The notes under the pieces were generated by a model. That model saw only the letters and a list, made by a program, of their open reading frames with translations, did no database searches and was not told where the DNA came from. Made by a program: the position numbers and the translations under genes. Below are positions 43,008 through 51,058 of a DNA stretch of 64,000 bases, piece by piece. Source of the stretch: a virus. The DNA is taken from positions 15,522-79,521 of the IMG/VR virus record IMGVR_UViG_3300035034_001742; one strand, 5' to 3'. Position 1 is the first letter of the stretch, and the number at the start of each line of letters is the position of its first letter.

Positions 43008-43462
43008 ACGAAAATATAATACAATTCGATTTACCCGTTTGCTTTCAGCAGGATTTATTATATATAAGCGAAAACTACTGTGCCGCTGACTCACCGGGCA
43101 TGCTTGAATTTAAGAGAATTGGTTTCCATCGTTCGAAATTCGACGAATACGATTACGATGAGTTATACAACTTCGTAAACAATCGGCTAAACTTACTTGG
43201 ATTCATGCTAGTTAACCCCATGGTAGTGTACTTGATTACCACGTGGCCTGGTCAAGCGTACACCGCACATCAAGATGATACATTAGTGGTGCATGTTCCA
43301 ATAACAACAAATCCGCACTGCCGCATGCTTATTGGCGACAACACATATCACTTAACAACAGATAATTTTTATTTAACTAATACATACAAGTGTCACAGCG
43401 CGTTTAACCTTGGCACTTCGCCACGCACACACATTGTATTCTCAGCAAAGGAAAAATCATGA
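43004..43462 (+). CDS. 2OG-Fe(II) oxygenase, Asp/Asn beta-hydroxylase-like
   Basis: HQD...HVPITT...HSAFN...PRTH. Start set to GTG 43004 (GTGA overlap; matches the paralog N-terminus). Confidence 0.78.
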   Translation: MNENIIQFDLPVCFQQDLLYISENYCAADSPGMLEFKRIGFHRSKFDEYDYDELYNFVNNRLNLLGFMLVNPMVVYLITTWPGQAYTAHQDDTLVVHVPITTNPHCRMLIGDNTYHLTTDNFYLTNTYKCHSAFNLGTSPRTHIVFSAKEKS

Positions 43463-44364
43463 AAATTTTAATAACAGGCGCAAGCGGCTTCATCGGCCAG
43501 CACTTGGTGCAGAAGCTCAAAGGACACGAAATAGTAATACTCAACACTGACCTAAGAGACCACCAAGCAACTCGAGACCTTGTTAGGTTCGCCAACCCAG
43601 AGGTGATTATACATCTTGCCGCGTTAACCGAAGTAGAGCATTCTTTTTATCAGCAGGCATTATTCTCAGATGTGAATTATACCGGCACTGTTAATTTAAT
43701 TGAATCAGCAAGAGAAGCCCCTGCTCTCAAACTATTTCTGTTTTCATCTACCATGGAAACATACGGGTGGCAACCAATATCAGATATCATAAGAGACAAC
43801 GAGGCATTTGAACACGACCCGTTTAACGAAAGCACAATACAAAATCCAAACGCACCGTATGCAGTTGCTAAACTGGGTTGCGAGAAGTACTTAGAGTATG
43901 CCGCGCGTGCATATGACTTGCCGTACTGTATTCTGAGACAAACAAACACATACGGCAGAACAGATAACAACTTCTTTGTGGTAGAACAGATAATTACACA
44001 GATGTTAGCCGGTGACGAAATCAACTTAGGGTATGCAAAACCTTATCGCAACTTCTTGCATATTAGCGATCTGCTCAATGCTTATGTAGCAATAATTAAC
44101 AATGTAGACGCCGTTAAAAACGAGACCTTTTGCGTTGGCCCCGCTAATGCATTATCGATCGAAAAATTAGCCGAAAAAGTGGCTAAAAAACTTGATTGGC
44201 AGGGGATTATAAACTGGAATACAAAGCCCAAACGAGCTGGCGAGATATACTATTTGAACAGCACACATAAAAAGATCACAGACACAATCGGATGGTCCCC
44301 TGAGATAGATTTAGACACTGGTTTAGACATGACAATTGAGTATTGGAAACATGGTACTAATTAA
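43459..44364 (+). CDS. NAD-dependent nucleotide-sugar epimerase/dehydratase (extended SDR)
   Basis: ITGASGFIG; IHLAA; YAVAK (YxxxK); RNFLHISD. Confidence 0.92.
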   Translation: MKILITGASGFIGQHLVQKLKGHEIVILNTDLRDHQATRDLVRFANPEVIIHLAALTEVEHSFYQQALFSDVNYTGTVNLIESAREAPALKLFLFSSTMETYGWQPISDIIRDNEAFEHDPFNESTIQNPNAPYAVAKLGCEKYLEYAARAYDLPYCILRQTNTYGRTDNNFFVVEQIITQMLAGDEINLGYAKPYRNFLHISDLLNAYVAIINNVDAVKNETFCVGPANALSIEKLAEKVAKKLDWQGIINWNTKPKRAGEIYYLNSTHKKITDTIGWSPEIDLDTGLDMTIEYWKHGTN

Positions 44365-45310
44365 AATACGACTACAAGAAGATCTGTTTAGACTATTCGA
44401 TACCGACTTCAGTCCTGCTACCTCTCCTGTTACCAATATATTAAAAACCGGCCAGAGTTTAGTAATAGACACCTCGTTGGAGGTATTCGATTTAAACAAC
44501 TTTGCTCGCAAGCATGCGTTCACTGTTCCTGTGTTTGACATACTCAGCGAATGCTGTAAGTGCGCAGGTGTATCAACAAATAACATATATTGGCTGACGC
44601 CAGTTGCTGAGCACCAAGCAATTCACAGGTACACGTTCAACGGCACGCTACTCGAATACCATAACTCATCCAAGCCTACTGTTAACTTCCGCCCTAGTGC
44701 TGACGTGCATTTTCTTTCTCTTAACAATCATCCACGACCACATAGAGAAAAGTTGGTAGAATTTTTGGAGTCGTCGGGAATCAAAGACAAGTCGCTTTAT
44801 AGTTACAATCCTCAAGGAGTTCAAAATCAGCGATCAGTTGTGCTTGATGAGCAATTCACTACAGGAAATAAATTAGACAAGTTAGATAGTGTGCCTGCAT
44901 ACGTTTGGGAAGGAACGCTTATATCTATTGTAACAGAAACTATATTCGCAGAGCCGATTGTGTTTCCAACTGAAAAGACGTGGAAGGTATTTGACAAATT
45001 CCACTTTCCGGTATTTGTTTCGTGTGCTGGCTTTGTAAGTAGAATACGAGAGTTAGGGTTTGATGTGTTTGATGATTATATCGATCACTCATACGATACC
45101 ATACAAGATAATACTGAGCGTCTAACGGCAGTGTTTAAAGTGATAGAAGATCTAAGCAAGCGTGATATTAGCGAACTAAATCATATCAAGAGCCTGTGTC
45201 AGAAACGATTAATAGATAATAAAATGCATTTAAGAAAGCACACCACCTCCGAAATAATGAAGCTCGACATGTACCTTGATTCTTTAAAGCGTGTGGTTAC
45301 GCATAGATAG
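44336..45310 (+). CDS. GT10-like (GT-B) glycosyltransferase-related protein
   Basis: FLSLNNHPRPHR...ISIVTET...FPTEKTWK...GFDVFDDYIDHSYD; start may be 44351. Confidence 0.55.
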   Translation: MSIGNMVLIKIRLQEDLFRLFDTDFSPATSPVTNILKTGQSLVIDTSLEVFDLNNFARKHAFTVPVFDILSECCKCAGVSTNNIYWLTPVAEHQAIHRYTFNGTLLEYHNSSKPTVNFRPSADVHFLSLNNHPRPHREKLVEFLESSGIKDKSLYSYNPQGVQNQRSVVLDEQFTTGNKLDKLDSVPAYVWEGTLISIVTETIFAEPIVFPTEKTWKVFDKFHFPVFVSCAGFVSRIRELGFDVFDDYIDHSYDTIQDNTERLTAVFKVIEDLSKRDISELNHIKSLCQKRLIDNKMHLRKHTTSEIMKLDMYLDSLKRVVTHR

Positions 45311-45569
45311 AGTTGGTTTTAGACCTGTTGTTGCCTTGGGTAACAACTTTGTATCCGTCGTTTATTGTGAGATTGATCATGAGCACATCGTCGTCTGACA
45401 ATTTTCCTTCTAAGTAAACAGTTCCAAACATGCCCATGTACTTGATGTCGAGCCCTTTTAAGCAACCTGTAATTTCTTTGAGTGCTTCTTTAAAAAAATC
45501 AGGATGCACTGATGCAACTTCGATTTGATCGTTGTCACGATCGTAGTTAATTATCTTTTGCTTTCTCAT
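45297..45569 (-). CDS. Hypothetical protein
   Basis: Start moved to MRKQK, directly after the upstream stop. Confidence 0.6.
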   Translation of the reverse strand: MRKQKIINYDRDNDQIEVASVHPDFFKEALKEITGCLKGLDIKYMGMFGTVYLEGKLSDDDVLMINLTINDGYKVVTQGNNRSKTNSIYA

Positions 45570-45570
45570 G

Positions 45571-46056
45571 TTAGTCCCATAGTGAAAAGTAGTACTTGCC
45601 AAATAAACGAAGGCCGTTAGCAACACGTTCTCTCTTTCCGTTGTCTTCGTATTCGTAGCCTTCGTCGTCGCGTATTGTTTTAAATGTCCAGAGCAATTCG
45701 TTTAGCACCCAGTTCCATCGTTTGTGTATGTCAGCCTGCTGATACTCAATAGGAACATCTTCGAGATCAACCATCCCCGAGCCGTGCTTTTGTTCCTTTA
45801 ACTTTTCGAGCATGGGAGAGATGATATAAGACAACGTATTGTCCATGCTCCACACATCAAACGCATCAATGTGAATTTTGACCTTTCTTTTTACGTGCTC
45901 GTTGCGCCAGTCCAGTAACATGACTATGTATTTGTTGTCAGAAAATCGTTCTCCCACTTTAAATGCCATGTCTTCTGATATACCGAGATACTCAAGCTTG
46001 TCGGTAAACGTGTATACTGTCCAGTGATCTACATACTTTCCAATTTTTACTTTCAT
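45571..46056 (-). CDS. Phage hypothetical protein
   Basis: DVWSMDNTL...RWNWVLNE...GLRLFGKYYFSLWD; ATGA overlap. Confidence 0.75.
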   Translation of the reverse strand: MKVKIGKYVDHWTVYTFTDKLEYLGISEDMAFKVGERFSDNKYIVMLLDWRNEHVKRKVKIHIDAFDVWSMDNTLSYIISPMLEKLKEQKHGSGMVDLEDVPIEYQQADIHKRWNWVLNELLWTFKTIRDDEGYEYEDNGKRERVANGLRLFGKYYFSLWD

Positions 46057-46373
46057 CCGTATCTATTCAATCCTATGTGGTACTTTTTATTAATTAGCTC
46101 AAATTCAATTGTATCACCGCTTAAAGCGAACAGCGTCGACCATTCTCGTAACTTGGCAAGGTTATGATCTGAATTAACAATGTGCAACATGCGATTAGAC
46201 ACATGCCCTTTGATACTGTAATGCTCAAGTATATATGTGTTTAGGTCAATTAGCAAGTTGTTTTCGTCAGCTATCATACTAGTGCCAGTGTTAACTGTTA
46301 TCATGGAGTGCGTTTTGCTAAACATTGAAAATCTAAATTGCCATTTATTTTGAGTCATTGGATTATGTGACAT
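46053..46373 (-). CDS. Hypothetical protein (small-protein array)
   Basis: Overlapping ORF chain. Confidence 0.65.
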   Translation of the reverse strand: MSHNPMTQNKWQFRFSMFSKTHSMITVNTGTSMIADENNLLIDLNTYILEHYSIKGHVSNRMLHIVNSDHNLAKLREWSTLFALSGDTIEFELINKKYHIGLNRYG

Positions 46374-46692
46374 TGTGTATTCCCTGGGAGTGCGCCGGGT
46401 CGACGCTTTCGAAGTCTAGTATTTCGATATGATATCCCTCGAGCTGTGCCATTAGACAGAACTGCGATAAATCTTGTCTAATCATGTTGTATGGAATAAC
46501 AACATTGAACACCAATTTCTCCGGATACAGACCACACGCACTAGCAATGTCACTGACTTCATTGATTATGCAATCAATGCCGGGCGAGTTGGGACTGCCA
46601 CCTCGCAGGCTTGGCCGCAAAGCATACCCAAAACTACTTGCACTTACTGTTAAATAAATCATGTCTTCTCCATTAAATTCCAATTTTGACAT
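46363..46692 (-). CDS. Hypothetical protein (small-protein array)
   Basis: Overlapping ORF chain; C-terminal FCLMAQLEGY. Confidence 0.6.
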   Translation of the reverse strand: MSKLEFNGEDMIYLTVSASSFGYALRPSLRGGSPNSPGIDCIINEVSDIASACGLYPEKLVFNVVIPYNMIRQDLSQFCLMAQLEGYHIEILDFESVDPAHSQGIHNVT

Positions 46693-46964
46693 ACTTTTCT
46701 ATACAGGAATCTATCGAACTGATCATACCTGTATAGAAATAACTGTTCGCCTGTTCCGGTAATCTGCATGTGAATCAAATTATACATCAAAAGCTCAGCT
46801 TGGTCAATCAAGAACGGATTGCGCGCCAAGTGACATGTGATGCGGTGGTATTCCACATCGGCTTGTAACGTTGTGTCGCTGTCATGTCTCATAAATGTTC
46901 TACCTTGCATCAAGAACATGGTAAGCTCTTGTTCGGTGGTTGGTAGATTGTCCGTGCTATACAT
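46659..46964 (-). CDS. Hypothetical protein
   Basis: Overlapping ORF chain. Confidence 0.6.
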   Translation of the reverse strand: MYSTDNLPTTEQELTMFLMQGRTFMRHDSDTTLQADVEYHRITCHLARNPFLIDQAELLMYNLIHMQITGTGEQLFLYRYDQFDRFLYRKVCQNWNLMEKT

Positions 46965-46972
46965 GTTGTACT

Positions 46973-47347
46973 CTATTTGATTCGTGACTTGAAGTCAATA
47001 CTAGTTTCCAGCATGGTCAAATACGATACCAGCATGCCGTGGTCCTTAAAGTTAACATTGGTATATGTCACGCCAATAGTGTCCGAGTTGTAGTGCAGTT
47101 TGCATTGCTCCTTGCGGTTGCAAACGGCGCGCAAATCAGTTGGCGTCACCAGCCCCTTGGGCATGATAAATTTGGACTCTTTCCATTTTGAGTGGTGTGT
47201 GATCACCACTGTTCTTCTGTGTTTGCTCATGCGTCGGTACCTTGATGCGATTAATCCGCTATAATAATCATCGAACAGCACATTGACTCTGTTCGATTCA
47301 CGTCGGCGAACCAGTCGCCTTGTTTCTGCAGGGTCACGTAACTTCAT
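46973..47347 (-). CDS. Hypothetical basic protein
   Basis: Start moved to MKLRD. Confidence 0.6.
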   Translation of the reverse strand: MKLRDPAETRRLVRRRESNRVNVLFDDYYSGLIASRYRRMSKHRRTVVITHHSKWKESKFIMPKGLVTPTDLRAVCNRKEQCKLHYNSDTIGVTYTNVNFKDHGMLVSYLTMLETSIDFKSRIK

Positions 47348-47657
47348 TTTTCCAACGCCTAAGCGGAACCAAGTTGTGACCACAAATGGCCAGCCATGTC
47401 TCTATTTTTCTTAATTCTCGCCTGGCGCACTTGATTTTTATGACTGCATACGGCTCGTCCACAACCATGCCGCTCAGATCAAACCCTTCTTCAATCTCAG
47501 CAGCCATGGCTTGTATGTTGGGTTGTATTTTTTTCATGTTCAGTATCTTTGTGGGAGCATCTTTACCTTCTATAAAGAACATGAGATCTAACACATAGTA
47601 TCCGGGTATTTGCTTGACAACTATATTGCATTTAATCATGAAAGCCAGTCTTAACAT
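47334..47657 (-). CDS. Hypothetical protein (small-protein array)
   Basis: Overlapping ORF chain. Confidence 0.6.
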   Translation of the reverse strand: MLRLAFMIKCNIVVKQIPGYYVLDLMFFIEGKDAPTKILNMKKIQPNIQAMAAEIEEGFDLSGMVVDEPYAVIKIKCARRELRKIETWLAICGHNLVPLRRWKNEVT

Positions 47658-48087
47658 ATTGTGCCGATATGTATGTAAAACCTTCCAGTCCCATCATGAA
47701 CGCAAACCTTTCTGCTTGATACCAAGTCCCAAACCGAGCCACATAGTAAGCGGTGTACTCTCCATGTCGATTACTGGTCAGCCTGTACTTGACATCCAGT
47801 CTGTTCAGAACGCTGTTTGCTGTGCTGTAAAACACTCGCGCCCGCTCCGTCATTTCGTCATGGTGCATGTAATCCCATATGTGAGGGTACGGCAAGTAAA
47901 CTTGCCAAGTGCCGCGAGTCTTGCTTATGCTGAACCAGTGTTCGCGTATGGCCACCGCTACCCAGTCGGCATCACCTACCACCGAAACGGGGTCACCGCC
48001 AAACATGGTGAACGGTTCAAGACTTACTTGGTATCTTTTGTATCTGTGCAATGTGGTACTCCTTGATTGCGTTTTCGTAATTCTCAC
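47632..48087 (-). CDS. Hypothetical protein (small-protein array)
   Basis: C-terminal ARFGTWYQAERFAFMMGLEGF; start uncertain. Confidence 0.6.
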   Translation of the reverse strand: MRITKTQSRSTTLHRYKRYQVSLEPFTMFGGDPVSVVGDADWVAVAIREHWFSISKTRGTWQVYLPYPHIWDYMHHDEMTERARVFYSTANSVLNRLDVKYRLTSNRHGEYTAYYVARFGTWYQAERFAFMMGLEGFTYISAQYVKTGFHD

Positions 48088-48448
48088 AATGGTATCCTTC
48101 GAATGCCATCAGGGTAACGAACCCTTCCAGTTCCCGCATGTTGTCCGCAGTGAAAGTGATCAGTATTCCCAGCCGCATCATGGCATAGCCCACTATCCCA
48201 CTTAACTTTGTGGGCTCCGGATCCCCACAGCTGATGTCCCAAGTGGTGTCTCGGACACCACTGTCTTGGGCAATATCGATTATGCCCTGACTGGCCTCCT
48301 CCAATGTCGAGAAGTACATCTCGACAACTTGGCCAACACCCGCCCCAGCCAAGTTATCCATCAAGCCGTACCAAGCCACGTTCAACTCAGGCACCACACG
48401 CCAAGCGTCCGCCTGCACCCACTCCAATTGGTATTTGATGTTGATCAT
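48017..48448 (-). CDS. Hypothetical protein (small-protein array)
   Basis: AGGAGA SD; RELEGFVTLMAFEGY motif. Confidence 0.65.
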   Translation of the reverse strand: MINIKYQLEWVQADAWRVVPELNVAWYGLMDNLAGAGVGQVVEMYFSTLEEASQGIIDIAQDSGVRDTTWDISCGDPEPTKLSGIVGYAMMRLGILITFTADNMRELEGFVTLMAFEGYHCENYENAIKEYHIAQIQKIPSKS

Positions 48449-48551
48449 GATCTCTCCTGGGCGGTCTGCGCGTCACAACTGCTAGCACAGCTAGCCGCCG
48501 AAGCGCCTGGTGGCCTGATCACAGCGGTAAACCACGTACTTAAAATGTCGA

Positions 48552-49112
48552 TCATGCCGACAGCGCCTGGTAAGACCGTTTCAAGGAACCGTGTTCCACC
48601 CACCCTGCCAACAGCAAGTATTGTTCCAATTCCTGTTTTCGACGGGGATTCAAGTAAACAGTGAGTGAGTTTCGAGTGAGTTCAAACACCGGTACACAAC
48701 CCACCACCAAGTGTCGGAACTCGGGGAACCGAGCCGGGTCAACCGTGTACACCAACCCACCGTTGCGCCGCACGCGAGTTCGCGTGTAGGTTGTGCTGAA
48801 TTCCGCCGCTGAGTCGCGCATGTTATAGCCTCCGCTGTAAAATGTTTTGAAACGGCACCCGGGCACCATGAGAGTGATGTATGTGATGGCACTCTGCCTG
48901 GCATGCCAGGTGGCCCAATGGGCCACAATTTGAGAGGTGGCACCTCTGTGGGAACACACATGCAACATGCGCCCCACTTGGTCAGCGCCCAGTTCCACTC
49001 GCAAGTCGCTGACCAAGTCCAAGAGCTCACGGTCATCCGGGCGTCCCGTGACGCTCACTCTCAAGCCGTAGTTCAACAGTCGCCCCACGCCGGCTTGATC
49101 CCTCCGGTACAT
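48552..49112 (-). CDS. Hypothetical protein, apparent fusion of two ORFs (internal start at 48821)
   Basis: GGAGG SD before ATG 49112 and before ATG 48821; N-terminal half is a paralog of 49114-49428. Confidence 0.6.
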   Translation of the reverse strand: MYRRDQAGVGRLLNYGLRVSVTGRPDDRELLDLVSDLRVELGADQVGRMLHVCSHRGATSQIVAHWATWHARQSAITYITLMVPGCRFKTFYSGGYNMRDSAAEFSTTYTRTRVRRNGGLVYTVDPARFPEFRHLVVGCVPVFELTRNSLTVYLNPRRKQELEQYLLLAGWVEHGSLKRSYQALSA

Positions 49113-49113
49113 G

Positions 49114-49428
49114 CTAGTATCCTCCGCTGTAAAATTTTCTAAGTGAGCACCCATGCTCTGCCAAGTTGAGATATGCCGCTGCCAGCTCTCGAGCGCGCCA
49201 GGTGGTCCAAGTGGCTTCAAAGACGGCAAAGCCGTCCCGACCATGGTAAGTCACGCGCCCCACAGCTTGAGCCTCAAGGTCCACTCGCATGACGCCAATT
49301 AGAACCATGATCTCACGATATCGAAGTTCGTCCATTTGACCATGGTCATTCATGATGGCCGGCACGCTCACAGCCAAGCTGTAGCCCAGCACGGGCCGAG
49401 CGCCTTCAAGATCCATTGAAGTGATCAC
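49114..49428 (-). CDS. Hypothetical protein (small-protein array)
   Basis: Clear paralog of the N-terminal half of 48552-49112. Confidence 0.7.
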   Translation of the reverse strand: MITSMDLEGARPVLGYSLAVSVPAIMNDHGQMDELRYREIMVLIGVMRVDLEAQAVGRVTYHGRDGFAVFEATWTTWRARELAAAYLNLAEHGCSLRKFYSGGY

Positions 49429-49690
49429 CGTCGGGTATGACCTCTGTGGTCACGTCCACATGCATGAGTGCAATGCTGGTGCGTGCCATTTCAGCCTCCG
49501 ACAGGGTGTTCCACGTTGCCCGCATGTGAACTTGGTCGGGTTTGCACTCATGCCAAGGCATGGAGGTGATGGTTCCACCCATGTCGCGCACTGTTTGAGA
49601 CACTCGATTCATGGCTCGATGGCCTTCGGCATGTGCCACAAACATGGTGGTGGCGGGACGATAATGGATGTACAGGTGTGTTAGTCGCAC
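49406..49690 (-). CDS. Hypothetical protein (first gene of the array)
   Basis: GTG 49690 with AAGGA SD, downstream of the promoter at 49727-49756. Confidence 0.6.
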   Translation of the reverse strand: MRLTHLYIHYRPATTMFVAHAEGHRAMNRVSQTVRDMGGTITSMPWHECKPDQVHMRATWNTLSEAEMARTSIALMHVDVTTEVIPDGDHFNGS

Positions 49691-49936
49691 GTGGTTTCCT
49701 TGATGAACGTGAATGTTATGCAATCTAGTGTACATGGTGCCGACACCGTTTGTCAAGCGAAAAAAACGCGCAAAAAAATTCTTGGGGTGCCATGTTGGAT
49801 GAAGCGTGGACCCAAGAGTGACCCGACCCTTTTCCAACTTGAAAAAAGCGGGGCGCAGTTGGCGGCGGTCAAAAAAAAGGTTGCATTTTGCTGTACAGCA
49901 TGCTTAGCATGTAAATTTTGCACTTTTTATTATGTG

Positions 49937-50011
49937 TTATGCTTTTTAGTTATAAGCAAAACGTGCGCACAAAAAAGCACGCTTTAGCGTGCTTATGCTT
50001 TTTAGTTATAA
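49937..50011 (+). repeat. 19-bp direct repeat TTATGCTTTTTAGTTATAA (49937-49955, 49993-50011)
   Basis: Exact copies flanking the terminator hairpin. Confidence 0.85.
49971..49994 (-). terminator. Intrinsic terminator after the 221-aa ORF
   Basis: AAAAAAGCACGC-ttta-GCGTGCTT; U-tract on the minus strand. Confidence 0.75.
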
Positions 50012-50012
50012 C

Positions 50013-50678
50013 TTATGCAATTAATGCTAAATTGCTTGTTGTTGTTTTGTTTGCTGTTATGCTTAGCACGTTGTGCATGTTTACGCTACGCGTATGCACG
50101 CTGTGCGTTACGTTGTTAGTTACATTGTGTACTGTACTGCTAACATTTAAAAGTGCTTTGCTTGCGCTTGCTGTTAAGTATTGCGCTACTGTATTTTTGC
50201 ACAGTACTTGCAAAGTTTGTGCGCACACATAAAATGTTTTGTTTGCACTGCGCACGTTGCTAAAAGTTAAGTACACAATTTGTAATGCGCTTGTTTTGTT
50301 GCTGTGCGCTATGCTAGCAATGTTTGTGCGCGTAAAGCTAGCTTTGCTTGCTACAAAGTTTTGCACGTTGTTAGCGTTGTTTACAGCAAGCTTGCTTGCA
50401 CTGTTTTTAACTGCATTAGCATACGTTAATGCGCTACTGCTAAACAGTGCATTTACACTGCTTACTTTTAAAATTGTAAGTGCTTTGTGTTGTGCGCTAG
50501 TAGTTACTTTAGTAACTTGCACTACATTTGCAAAAGTAGTAACAGCGTTTGCGTGCATGTTTTGCACAGCATTGCAAGTGTTTTGCGCTACTTGTACGCT
50601 GTTAATTTGTGCATTGTTGTAATGTGTTGCAATTTGTGCAGTAGTGTAATTTACGTTGTTTAATGTAATTGTTTGCAT
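50013..50678 (-). CDS. Hypothetical 221-aa protein lacking D, E, G, P and W
   Basis: Own promoter and terminator; ACACT-ATG start context shared with four neighbouring genes. Confidence 0.75.
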   Translation of the reverse strand: MQTITLNNVNYTTAQIATHYNNAQINSVQVAQNTCNAVQNMHANAVTTFANVVQVTKVTTSAQHKALTILKVSSVNALFSSSALTYANAVKNSASKLAVNNANNVQNFVASKASFTRTNIASIAHSNKTSALQIVYLTFSNVRSANKTFYVCAQTLQVLCKNTVAQYLTASASKALLNVSSTVHNVTNNVTHSVHTRSVNMHNVLSITANKTTTSNLALIA

Positions 50679-50712
50679 AGTGTTTACTACTTTTATTTGT
50701 AACAAGCAGTTA

Positions 50713-51058
50713 TTTGCTTGCTTTGCTTATGTTGTACATAATAGCACGTTGCATGCATAACACAAGCATTATTTGCATTTATTTTAAATTAATTTATGCG
50801 CATTATAATTAATAAAACGCGCATGCGCGTTTAACATAAAAACAGCAACAATGCAAATTAGCGTTATAACTTTTTGTTATAACTTATAACAAAGTAGTAC
50901 TGTACAAATGTTTTTAAACTGTTATAGTATACGCATATTAAAGCAAAGCGCAAAAAGCGCAAAAACAGCAAAAAGCATTAAACGTAAAAAAAGCTAAAAT
51001 AAAGCTTGCAATGTTAAACGCGCAATGTATAATGTACAACATAAGCAAAGCAAGCAAA
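50713..51058. repeat. 27-bp perfect inverted repeat (50713-50739 / 51032-51058) at the starts of two divergent promoters; 18-bp palindrome at 50815-50832
   Basis: TTTGCTTGCTTTGCTTATGTTGTACAT and its reverse complement; AAACGCGCATGCGCGTTT. Confidence 0.9.

Noticed and set aside
2387-44586. Numerous short antisense or alternative-frame ORFs inside long genes (e.g. 19632-20261, 7288-7746, 27685-28146)
   Set aside because: Nested within well-supported genes, with no motifs or expression signals
49918-50622. Plus-strand ORFs 49918-50232 and 50239-50622
   Set aside because: Antisense shadows of the 221-aa ORF with no promoter or RBS; TGA cannot occur in the island, which lengthens spurious frames
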